From positions 146,134,001-146,198,000 of the forward strand of contig OX597817.1 in the NCBI GenBank assembly GCA_951406725.2: a stretch of DNA of 64,000 nt. The letters run 5' to 3'. The position numbers were made by a program, and so were the translations under genes. Below, one piece after another: positions 52,169-64,000 of this stretch. Every line of letters starts with the position of its first letter. The first letter of the stretch is position 1. A model generated the notes under the pieces. It did no database searches, was not told the origin of the DNA, and was given only the letters and a program-made list of their open reading frames with translations. Source of the stretch: Octopus vulgaris (taxonomy: Eukaryota).

Positions 52169-55100
52169 TTACAGTTTCTGTCTACCAAATTCATTTATAG
52201 GATTTGGTTGTCCTGGGACTAAAGCAGAAGAAACTTGCTCAATGAGCCATACAGTAGGACTACTTTTATAAACTATGTTATGTTTGTGCCTATAGACACT
52301 GATATAAGAATAGTATTGTTATTTTTACATGGAGTATTTTGTGTTATTGTGAGTTGGGTAGTTCAACATGTTCAAATATATGAAATCAAATATATTTTAC
52401 ACTTGCCTCCTCATTTTTTATACCACCAACTACACAATATGTTCCAAGCTAGTTAATCATGTAATGCACCTTGCCTCAAACACACACACCAGTTCTTAGA
52501 CTTGAAACCGATTTAAGGATCAGTAAACCATGCCATCAAAACAGTCTTTATAAACCAAATATTATCTCTAGAGAAAGGAGAAGCTTAAAAGAATTTATGT
52601 TCTATATGAAACAGGAATTTCTAATCCCTTTTGTTTTTTTCTTGCTTTCCTGAAACTGTCATGGTAGATAAACATTACGATAATCATACATTAATTTTAT
52701 ATTTCAATTTATTACTGATAAGTTACCTTAGCTGGCAAAACAATAAAATCTCTCTCATTAATGTCCCTTGCTTTCATCAGTTGGCTTTAACCAGATTCAC
52801 TCCAATTTCCATTGTCTATACTGTTTAAAAATTATCATCTTGTTTGCTTGTTTGAATCATCTTATTCACTCGTTTTTAGATTCAATACCCCCTTTAGGTA
52901 ATTTTTGTTTACTAATTGCCTGGATAATCTCAGCCAATCAGAAGTTTTTTTAGCTCACTATGCACCTAAGAGCCAACTGTATGGTATATAGCATGCAGAA
53001 CACCCCAATGAGCTATTTTGTCTATCATATTATTGATCTCTTACTGGTCATCTTTCTAAAAGATTAACTTTGCTTACTGATCTTGAACTTTCTATGACTT
53101 TTTATCATCCTTTTAAACAAACAATCTACTGAACTGTAGTTGTGTTAGTATTTTATTAATCTTTCACAGCTGGTACTGTTATGACATTTATAACATGAAA
53201 ACATTTACATACCTAATTCATTTATACCTAGTTAAATAGATCAGGGTTTCTCAAATTGGGTTCTGCATCAGCTATTACTGGTTCCATGGATAATTTTAGG
53301 GAAATAAACCTGTGGTATACATAGATAATTGCAATGATAGTTATTTTAAAAAATCTGTAAAGAGGTTGATGAAATGAGTAGAGATAGATTAGGTTCAAGA
53401 AGATTCTTTAGTCTTGCTAAGAGAATGATAACCCTCTTTAGTGCTAGTACCAAGATAAAATGCACCCAGTATACTTTGTAAATTGTGTGGTGTTAGAAAG
53501 GGCATCCAGCTGTAGAAACTATTTTAAAGACTGAGACATGGGAAATACATGGTCCACTGAGCTGTCCAGTAGGGCAATAACTTCAAATAAGAAGTGATTC
53601 AGACCCAACCAACCAGCCAATGCCAACAAGAGAAACAAACTTTAAAAGTTACAATCTTTGTATTTATGTTTATCCTTATCAATCAGAATAAACAAATACA
53701 ATTTACTGCAAAAATGTTCATTGTTTTAAACATGTTTTGAGATTTTGATAAAAACTCAAAATTCCATTACTAGTGTCTGTGGACCCACCAATAATTCCAA
53801 GTAAGAGAACTCTGCACAAAAAGAACTTAGTACATGAACTAACAAAAAATAAAACTATGGAGTTGAAATAATTTATGGAAACACTTTCTATTCAGTTTCC
53901 TAACACCAACATTTAATCCCTTCCAGGCCTACTGTTACTGCTATCACTATTTCTCCTCAACACACTCATGCTCTCTCTTACTCCTTTGGTCACTCATTTA
54001 TTCACCCTCTAAGTGACATTTGAATCCAATGAATGGAGACTACACATAGAGGACTCTTTACTTTTACAGGCAACAAGGCAACCTCACTAGTGCAAGCATT
54101 ATGATAAAATATACCCAGAGCACTTTATAAAGTAGTTGATCTTGGGAGAGCATTCCACCCATATAAACTATGCTAGAAATGGAACATGCGGATGAAACAT
54201 AATCCTGTGACTTGTCTAAGACACTAGTAACTCTAAGAACTGAGATGGATTGCAACAACTTGTACAACCCAAATCAGCATGGAAAGTGGACATAAGATGA
54301 TGATGATGATAATGATGAATTTACTTTTGCATTTCAATTTCATAACTTATAAAGACAATAACACTGCATTGGAGTAACCAAATATAAATATATATATTTT
54401 AGGTTGTTTAGTACAAAAACTACTGGGTCAAGAAAATCAAACTGAATGCAGAATTTACAGTAAATTTTTCTAGCTCCAACATACTAGATTAACTGATCTT
54501 TTGATATCAACCCACCTGAGACAATTTCAGTTTGATACTTACATCCAGTTTTGAAGTGATCAAAATTAAAACCACCCATTAAAATTTCAAGTTTAATAAT
54601 GATTAAGATTTATTTTATTGAATTCATTACTTTCAAAATTAATTGAAACAAATATAGCATATTTCAATATAAATATGGTGACAAAATGGTTAAATAGAGC
54701 ATGTTAGTACATACATACCATTTACACAGACCAAGAGAAGCTACTAACACCAACTGTCCACTATGACAAACCAATTGAACTTTCGAACTATTTTCAGCTG
54801 CTTAAAATTCTTTCCTTTTTAACCACTCCATTACACCACATTTTGAACATTTAGAACTCATTGGTCCAGCATACTTTTTATTCTTGTTTCTTCAAATACA
54901 TTGTCATATATTGTGAAAGAGACTTATCTTTTCTGGTTCCTTTAAAGCACCCAATGTAGCATTCTTCCTCTCATTCTCCTTTCTTCACTTGAAACTGAAC
55001 CAACTTCCCATTTACAGTACACAACACACTTTGATAAAAAAAAAAATAAGACCTACACAAACTCACACAGAAAAACCATGAAAACCTCATACATAGTTAC

Positions 55101-55453
55101 ACTTATATTTGCACATGCATCTACTCATATTCTACTGCTACAAAACAAACATTCTCTCTAATGTTCACCTTGGTACTTTTGCCCTCTGTTCTTTCTCTCT
55201 GCTGGTAAATACTATTACTCAACCCACCCCATCTCATTTTTATTAACTTCCAACCTTTTCCCAATGCTTTGCTTATTCTAACATCACCTTTTCCCACTGC
55301 TGCTACTCCACTTCCCTCTCCTGTTGTTTACCTTAGTTTGTCATTGTTGTGCTTGCAGTATGACATCGAACTGATTGTTGTGATGTGATTGTGAAATTTT
55401 GAAATTGATGTTGCTTAAGTTGACAAGTGGTGCATAGACACATATATTTCTTT

Positions 55454-56406
55454 CATCATCATCATCATCATCGTTTAACGTCCGTTTTCCGCGCTAGCAC
55501 GGGTTGGACGGTTTGACCGGGGTCTGGGAAGCCAGAGGCCTCTCCAGGCTCCAGTCTGATCTGGCAAAAAGTTTCTACGGCTGGATGCCCTTCCTAACAC
55601 CAACCACTCCGCGAGTGGATTGGGTGCTTTTTACGTGCCACCTGCACGGGCCGGGGGGTCCGGCATCGGTCACAATCGGTTCGAGCTTTTCTAGAGTTGA
55701 GTTAACAGGAGGTAACATAAGATCAGTGGGGCAGTTAATGAGCTAGGATGGAGGAGGGCATATCCGGTGTAGATGGTGAGAAGTGTTCACCGGTATTGGT
55801 GGTGAGAAGTGCTCACCGGTATTGGTGGTGGGGGTGAGAAGTGTTCACCGGTATTGGTGGTGGGGGTGGGAGGGCAGGGGCACCGCCGAATGGCGGAAAA
55901 GATGGAAATTAAGGATTGAAGGATTAAAGGGTTAAATTTCGTAGAGAAAAGATAGGAAAAACGAAGCAGTTATTGTATGAGTACAGACGTTTAACAATAG
56001 TAACGAATGAGGTACGAAAGATAATGGGATAAAATGTTTTTGCAACTTGCTGCGAATATGAAAGCCGGAAGCCGCTGTTGGAGAAGAAAGGAAGTCTAAA
56101 AATTGGGAACCGTAAATCGTAATGGCGACTAAGAAGAAGAAGAAAAGAAGAAGACGAATGGCAGAAAAGATGGAAATTAAGGATTGAAGGATTAAAGGGT
56201 TAAATTTCGTAGAGAAAAGATAGGAAAAACGAAGCAGTTATTGTATGAGTACAGACGTTTAACAATAGTAACGAATGAGGTACGAAAGATAATGGGATAA
56301 AATGTTTTTGCAACTTGCTGCGAATATGAAAGCCGGAAGCCGCTGTTGGAGAAGAAAGGAAGTCTAAAAATTGGGAACCGTAAATCGTAATGGCGACTAA
56401 GAAGAA
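55454..56406 (-). mobile_element. Young bipartite non-autonomous RTE-derived element with a duplicated 5' monomer
   Basis: (ATG)n tail and 3' end shared with many decayed copies in the window (e.g. ~33000, 37790, 47640, 63200). CpG-rich, no ORF. Confidence 0.7.
55887..56406. repeat. Tandem duplication, period 268 bp, one visible mismatch
   Basis: 55887-56136 matches 56155-56404, separated by (AAG)n. Confidence 0.95.
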
Positions 56407-56698
56407 TTTAATAAAAATATAAGCTTTTCTAATTAATGAAAGTACAACTACACAAGATTTGATTGAAGGCCAAAAATTTATACATGTATGAAAGCTGGGT
56501 TTTTTGGAGGGGGGGGGGGGGGAGGCTACAATATATAATTAGATTATCTTTGTTTTAAGTTTTTCTCAATTTCCTATGAAAAATTAACAATCATTCTTGT
56601 TCAAAATTGTTTAAAATTATAATAATCTACAAATGAAATGCTTCTGTGCAAACCAGACTATATGAAAATTCTCTAATTGTAAATTGTGCATATATAAT

Positions 56699-56821
56699 AT
56701 ATATTATTTAGAGCAATTTGATTCAGTTCTGTGCAACTTAGTTTCGCTGGCCTCTGACAGCTGAAAGAGAACAGGCTCTGTTCGAGGATAAAACTGAATC
56801 AAATTGCTTTAAATAATATAT
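56699..56821. mobile_element. 123-bp palindromic MITE-like element
   Basis: 30-bp arms ATATATTATTTAGAGCAATTTGATTCAGTT / AACTGAATCAAATTGCTTTAAATAATATAT, one mismatch. Confidence 0.65.
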
Positions 56822-56914
56822 GTAACTTCTACTAAATGTGTTGAGTGTCCTTTAATATATACACACACAAATTTTGTATGTGTTTGTATAGCTTGTAATA
56901 CATACAGTAATATA

Positions 56915-57783
56915 TGAGGGTAATCCCAAAGGTAAGGTCTCCAAAGTGCTGGGGACGCAGGGAAACTGTGCATACGGCTATTGGCAATACTGTTGTGTTT
57001 GTTGCACCTGCATGCGCCTCACTGCCACACTCAGTCTTGGTTTGGCAGTCGTATCTGATGGCGCTCTCGATTGATGCTACCACCAAATATGAAGTTCACA
57101 CAGATATTAAGTTTTTGAATGCAAAAAGCATTAAACCAATTGAAATTCATCACCAATTAATGGAAGTGAATGGTGATTCATGCGTGGATGTCAAAAACAT
57201 CCGCAAGTGCTGTAGGGAGTTTGCAGCTGGTCATCCTGAAATTCATGATGAAGAAAGAAGCAGGCAATCATCAATTTATGACAAGACAATTGCAATGGTT
57301 GAGCAAATCCTGCATGAAAATTGGCAGATCACTCTGGATGATCTCCGCATTTTGGTTCCTGAGATTTCCTGAAGCACCATTCATAGGGTTTTGAGTTGCA
57401 ATATTGGAAGATATGCACAAGATGGGTCTCACAAATGTTCACAGAAGACCATAAACAGCAACCCACCTCATAGTCTGGACTTGGCTTCCAGTGACTATCA
57501 CCTGTTCCCTAAGCTGAAAGAACATTTGCTGGAACGTACTTCAGCAACAACGATGGGGTAAAAGATGAGGTTCAACACTTCCTCAACAACATAGCAGTGA
57601 GCTGGTATGACATGGGCATACAAAAACTGCCCCAACGCCTACAAAAATGCATCGACCGAAATGGCAATTATGTAGAAAAATAGATAAATGTTCAAACTTT
57701 AAAATGATGTAAACATCATTGACAATAACTGTTTCCGTGATTTCTAAGTATTTTTGGAGACCTTATTTTTGGGATTACCCTCG
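56915..57783 (+). mobile_element. Internally deleted mariner of a second family (869 bp)
   Basis: TA TSD, TIR (T/C)GAGGGTAATCCCAAA..TAAGGTCTCCAAA. HTH remnant IKFLNAKSIKPIEIHHQLMEV, then ARWVSQMFT and HSLDLASSDYHLFPKLKEHL. Confidence 0.92.
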
Positions 57784-57959
57784 TATTTCAAAATGAATAA
57801 GAAGTTGAAAAGTATATGTAGAATGTACCTTAATACCAATTCTCTGTATAGAGTTGGATGTGAACAGAACTACTTGTTTCACACCATAATTAAATATTCA
57901 AACAACTAAACTTTCATTAGTGATACATATCAGCCCTATAAATTAGATAGCGAGACATT

Positions 57960-59100
57960 CAGAGACAAAACATTTTTTTTTTTAAATCTCAGTGAAGAAA
58001 TTCATAAAGGATGTGTTTGGAATTGAATCAAACGACGGCTTTATTTTTTGGCTCATATTGCATTGGTTAAAGGCTAGCAAAAACAGGTGAAGCAGAAGCA
58101 ATTGCAGAAAACTTAATATCTGTGCAGTCTCAAGGCATATTTCATGAAATGTTAAATTTTTGTCAAACTGAGTTAATGAGACAGGTTAAAATAAGCTCAA
58201 CATTCTCTCTTGAAAAACATGAGTCAACAGATGCTGTTGGATTAGCAGTTTTGCTTGAGTTTGTTTATTCTATTTATGAAAGTGGCATTGAAAAAGACTT
58301 ATTAATTTGCCAACCTTTGGAAAGTCATGCTACAGGGAAAGCGATATTTAATTCATTTATGGAGAGAAAATGAAATTTCATGGAAACTTTGTTCAATTAT
58401 TTGCATCGATGAAGCTGCAGCTATGGGAGGCAAAATTCTTAGTTCTGTTGCAAGAATGAAAAAAATTCATTTTGCTGATTGTGTTCACTATCTTTTTCAT
58501 CAGGCACTAACAATGAAGATTGACAAGATTTGAAATTAGCAATAAACAATGCTGCAAATTTGGTCAATTTTACAAAATGAAAACCATAAGTACATCTTCA
58601 GTTTATGTGAAAATATAAGAACTATGCATGTAATTATATTACTATGTGCTGAAGTGTGCTACTTATCATATGGCTTTTCAAACTGCATGTAGAAATGGGT
58701 TATTTTTATCAGAACATCCTTTTGAACTTTCAACTAAATGAAAGAAAGTGTTGGATGGGTAAACAGCATAACTTTCTGATTTTACATTAATAAGATTTAA
58801 TCATGTAATGCAGGGTACCAGTATAACATCTTTCAAAGTCTTAAGTGTAAACTAAAACTCTAAGGAGATCATGTAGCTAAGGATATCTTGAGTGTTTTGA
58901 AAACTTTAGTACTTTTTTTTTAACTGTCAATCAAAATTTAAGTTGAAAAGCTGTTTGTAGACGTATTAAATTTAAGCAACCTTTTGAAGGAAGAAAAGGA
59001 AGAACAACCATTCACTGCAATGGATTTTATACTTAAAAATTCCAGCAAGTGGAAGTGATGAAAGTTTGGAGTGCATTATCAATGAAAAGCAAAATTTTCA
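57960..59100 (+). mobile_element. hAT Buster/Charlie (ZBED5/SCAND3-like) transposase relic
   Basis: FSLEKHESTDAVGLAVLLEFV (DESTD motif), EKDLLICQPL..ATGKAIF and ISWKLCSIICIDEAAAM (CTDGA motif), frameshifted. Confidence 0.85.
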
Positions 59101-59295
59101 AACTACACATACATTTTTAATGTATCTAATGACAAATATGAGATTTAGAAATAGACTGAATTTAGAAGCTGACTTAAGGTTTACACATAACATTCAGACT
59201 ATTTCTGAAACTAGCAGCAGGTGATGAAGTTAAGTTTTTCAAACTACTAAAGAAGGAAAACTAACTGAATTATGCTAACACAATGTTATTTTCAA

Positions 59296-59478
59296 CCCTT
59301 TCAATACCAAATTACTGGAGACCACCTTTGTCCTATGGTACAAACTTCCTGTTTTAAAGTGATCTAAATTACAGTTTATCATCAAAATTTCATGTTGTGT
59401 TCCAGACTCCAGTTTAATAATTAGTTATTCTTTATTATTTTGGCAGTGCATTTCAACAGAAATATGGTAGCAAAAGGG
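59296..59478. mobile_element. Short piggyBac-like MITE (same terminus family as 9948-11019; decayed copies near 21130, 54500, 60570)
   Basis: CCCTTTC...AAAAGGG|TTAA termini. Confidence 0.65.
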
Positions 59479-59739
59479 TTAATGTTTATTTGCAGCATAG
59501 ATATAATTCACTTTTCCAAATATCTTTTAGGTTCTAAAATGTTTCTCCCTAAGGTATTCCATTCATAGAAAATGCTTGAGACGCCTGAAATAAAGCTAAA
59601 ATTTTTCATTCTGTGCAAAGAATTGTACACTATCAAAAACTTAAACTACTAACCTACCCTCTAATCAATCATTTTACAAATAATAATTGTGTTACATGCT
59701 ATTTTGGTGGGTTTTATGAGATCCAAAGTATTATGAATA

Positions 59740-60130
59740 AATCTATCAACAATTTGTCCTAACTTACTTCATTCAGAATCAAGTTGATGGGTCCTCTCCT
59801 TTTCTATTAGTTTGGAATCTTTAACTCATTTACAGATTGTATCTTCATTGCGTCTTTTCTATAAGCATTTCCATCGTTGTTCTGATTAGCTTTCTGCTCT
59901 AGTACTCTACCAAAACCTTTACATGTTTCACCTTCTTCTCTTCCCAGGCACATCGTTTCTCTGTTGAGCTTTCCGTTAGTCATAAGTCCTTTTATTCTAA
60001 TAGCTTCTTTCCTCAAAGTGCTGTTCTCTGGAACTCACTACCATCCTCCTTTTTCCCTCTGTAAGTTTTTTGTCAATCAATATCTTTTAAATTTATAGGC
60101 CCCCTTCTTTTCACTTTTTGTAATCCTTTA
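59740..60130 (+). mobile_element. 3' fragment of a Jockey/CR1-like LINE
   Basis: LESLTHLQIVSSLRLFYKHF and FYSNSFFPQSAVLWNSLPSSFFP, typical of the RT C-terminal region. Confidence 0.75.
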
Positions 60131-63100
60131 AACTACATTGGTCTCAAGTTAAATTAAAGACGTTTACACCTCTGCTCAACAGGCTATGAGCACTGCTTAT
60201 CCTGCACACGTCAAGTAGTAACAGTTATGATTATGCTTTCAACTTGAGATTCTCTCAAATTTACACTACCACTTGGCTCATGAGAATTTTTTATTGTAAA
60301 CATTTGGAAGAGGTCTCTGATCTGAGGATAACAGTTTTTCCAACAACTATAGAAGCTCTGAAAAGAGCAATGGATAGTGCTCCTTCTCTCACTGTGTCAG
60401 ATTCAATATCCAATATAAATTCATTAAACACTGCAATCCACTTTCTCAAAATTATTTTGTATGTGATTGCTGTTAGCCATGATGTTAAAATTTTTTCCTT
60501 CTTCATTGTAGTATCTTTCTCAGCATAAATTTCATTTTCATCTCATGACCATCACTGTCTACATGTTTCTATTAATTTTGAAAATTAATAAGAATTTGAA
60601 AGGATTTAGAGAAATAAACTTTTCGTTATTAAACTGGCTTGTAAAACATAGCTGAAACAAGGGGATCTTGGATAAAAATTATAATGGAAGGTTTTAATTT
60701 AAATACGAATCCTTTTAAGACAAGCAGTTTTGTATCAATAAACTAGAGGTTTGGTATCAAAATGTTTAAACGCATACTGAATCATATTAGAGATAGCAAT
60801 ATCAGTTAGTTTAATGTATTCAAGAAGCTGAGATTTATTTTAACAGCCAACAATCACTGAATCACTAGAAAATCTAGAATTACACAAATGAACAGAATGC
60901 AGAAGCTATCCAGATTTTTTTCTAATTGCTAGCAAGAACTAAAAGCTTTTTCTTTTCTTTCTTTCCTTTTTTTCTTTTGAACTTTTGTTTCTGAACAAAT
61001 GTAATTTGTAAGAGACTAACTTTTTCAGATCTATAACAATACAGCTCAAAACCTGAAGCCCAAATATTAAGCATTGACCAAACAGTATTTGTGTGAAAAA
61101 TTTGTAAGGGAGTAAACAGATAGGAATGCTACTTGTAACCTTTTTTTTTTTCTAATCACATAAATCCTACGCAACCAAAACAATCATATCCAATAATAAA
61201 TAGCTAATTCAATTCATATGTTACCAAAGTGAATTCTTTAAAATCTTGTTAAACATTATAAAATTATCAAAATATTGATTTCTTACAAAAATATTAAGCT
61301 GCAAGTAAGTGAAAAGCAAATGGGAACTTGTGATGGCCATGCCTTGTATTAAGGGATTCCAACTGGCAATTAAAACTAAATTAGACTAATGATTCTGTAT
61401 AAGTTTCACTAAATTCCTAATATTTCGTTTGCACTTCAAGAGTGAAAAATAAAACAATAACAAACAGCTCTTTCGTCATGGATAACAGATAAGAATACAT
61501 GTAAGATAACAAATTACTTCCTAAGATAAACAACCAGAGAATCAATGATTTTTGGGTGTAAAACATGAAATAAAAAAAATTAAAAACAAAACAATTTTCA
61601 GGAAAATTTTACATAGTTCCAATAATAAGGTTATTTCTAAAACCATTTTTACACACTAATTGCTACTGAATTTTACAAGTGTAAATTGCATGCCTGTGCA
61701 AGTTCATATGTTTGCATAGATAGCTGGAACAAGTGTTTGCTCTTTCAGAAGCTAATCAACCTCAATCAAGAGTAGTAGGTGGTAGCACTAGAATGTATAA
61801 CAACTGCTGCATTTCTATTTGGTTACTGTGTATCTGTAATTATGTTTAGATATAATTGTTTATTGGCATTCTAAATGAAGCACACGCACACATGCACAAA
61901 CACACACACACATAAAAATCAAACTAGATGTAATTGTGATTTATAGAGGATAAATTCCTATCTCTAACCACAACAAAAGTAAACGAAGAAAATTCTAGAA
62001 TTACTGAACTGACACAGGAACTCATTGCTGCTAAGACACTTATTAACATAAAATTTATAGGATTTCAGAAAGGAATGCATCAAATATATATCTACTGGAT
62101 AAGTAAGTACAAGTAATTATAGTACAAATATTTATATTGATTAAAGAATTTTGACTACATTGTTAAATCCATATTTAGAAATTCTTTTCAAGCATAGTAA
62201 TCTCAAATAGCATTAATTAAAATCCTTAGAACATATTACCTAGGAATGTAAAAAAAAAGTAGTGCATTACTGGTATTTGTCAAAAAAATGAAAATTGTGT
62301 TCAAATACCATTGCGTTATCTCTGTCATAAAGGATGATAGTATTTGTAATACTGAAAGCATATATATCTCTATAAAACATTGATCTTGTGTCAATTCAAA
62401 AGAAATCTTTATTATTTTCCAGCCACGGGAGTGGAGTGAATAGGAAGAATCATTAGAACATCACATATAATGCCTTGTGGTATTTGTTCTGGCTCTTTAC
62501 TAGCTGAAATAATTTTTTTTTTCTTTTTTGTCTTTCATCCTATTGGAGTCAATACAATAAACTACCCATCAAGTAATCAACTAACCAACCCCTTACCCAA
62601 ATTGCTGGCCTTGAGTCTAAATTAGAAATTTATCACATAGCCATGGATTTGATACATTAGTGTGGTTATGCTGTTTTCCAATTTATATATGAGATAAAAT
62701 TTGACAAAGACTACTACTGCAACACTGCTACTGAAAGTTAAAAATTCATAAAGCTATCAAGTGACAATTAGATAATTGCTCTTTAGAATTTACCAAAACA
62801 ATACTTGTCTTCTTCTAATTCCATGAAAATGGCTCCTTTTTCTTCATCAGAGTAATGGTACCAGTATGGAGTAAATTGTATACTTTCATTTAAAGACTAT
62901 TCCATATAATATGGAGTAAAACTGAAATAATGGTAAATCTTTTATATCTATAACAAAATTAGATAAATTTGATGAATGCCTGACTATCCTACTCTCCACA
63001 AGAAGAATAATGGAATAACAGATCTGAAAGAGTTAAGATTTTGTTAGATCATGAAGATACTGTTAGTTAAATTTGTTTAAACTGCCTGAGGATAAAACTA

Positions 63101-64000
63101 TGAATTCTCACCATACACAATGGAAATTACAAATATGGGTCTTACTCGAGCTTTGTCAGTAACTATACTAGCTGAAGTGTGTGTGTGTGTGAATATAATC
63201 ATCATCATCATTTAACATCCACTTTTCCATGCTTGCATGGGTCAGACAGATTTTCTATGGTTGGGTACACTTCCTGTCGCCAACCTTTGCTTTGAAGCAA
63301 GGTAATATTCAATGGGCTTCTTTCAGCTTTCACCTATCAGATCCACTCGCAAAACTTAATCACCTCAGGGCTATAATAGAAGACACTTGCCCAAAGTGCC
63401 ATACAGAGGGACTGAACCTGAGACCACATGGTTGGGAAGGGAGCTTCTCAACCACAGCCACATCTGTGCCTGAAATAATAATTTCTGTCAGTGAACTCAA
63501 TGCATTACAACACAAAATGTTTTTCCTTAAACACTTAAAAATAGTATTGAAAGAAATCAATACACTAACAGACTTAACTTCTGTGTTTATAAGATGGAAC
63601 TGCTAGGCAACAACAATGATTAGTTTTACATCAGTGTTTAGAAGGACTATAAATGTTAGATAAAGCAGAATCCAAAAACTACCCCCAAAGTATCATCCTT
63701 GACAGAATTGATTAAGATGAGGATAAGACCAAGTCAATTTCTAAGAGGAAATAAACTATTTTCTTTCAAGAAATGGGGAAAAAAAACAAGTAATTTCATA
63801 GAAGTGGATAAAAGGAATTTACTACTTTTATAGTAAAACAAGAAAAATATCTATGCAGCATACATTTTGTCATTTCTCCCACTAACACAAAGACAAATTT
63901 TACCAGTACATATTTTATCAACACTTGAAAGATGAAAAGCAATATCATATTCGGCAGATTTAAACTACAGAACATTAAAGTAATATAACTGGCTAAATAC

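Noticed and set aside
52470-52570. Minus-strand exon after a strong acceptor
   Set aside because: All frames closed and the donor is weak; not enough support.
55775-55866. CRISPR-like palindromic repeats
   Set aside because: No unique spacers, no cas genes, eukaryotic context.
56740-56770. Hammerhead core on the minus strand (...CAGCGAAAC)
   Set aside because: No CUGANGA box in the required position.
56914-57372. 152-aa ORF as a functional transposase or domesticated gene
   Set aside because: Frameshifted mariner remnant lacking the catalytic core.

Overview
AT-rich, repeat-dense eukaryotic DNA. The mix of tRNA-derived SINEs, RTE (CAT)n tails and TTAA MITEs looks like a cephalopod (Octopus-like) genome; this is inferred, not verified. 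One spliced protein-coding gene lies on the minus strand, with a probable promoter near 36.4-36.6 kb and a stop at 2409. The model has exons at 27480-27569, 16777-16944, 8752-8818 and 2409-4804, plus two candidate microexons (13 and 20 nt). It encodes ~917 aa with a degenerate NRF1/EWG-like N-terminus, one C2HC zinc finger and a disordered, motif-rich tail. The rest is intron or intergenic DNA full of TE relics: mariner, DD37D, pogo, hAT, piggyBac-like MITEs, a Helitron, LINE fragments and SINEs. The most unusual structures are (i) a miniature LTR element (TRIM-like) with an internal inversion that makes a ~170-bp hairpin, (ii) a young non-coding RTE-derived element with tandem 268-bp promoter-like monomers, (iii) a pair of frame-coupled microexons, and (iv) two unrelated deleted mariners that are both 869 bp. 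I found no prokaryotic features and no CRISPR array. Nothing here is proven novel without database searches.
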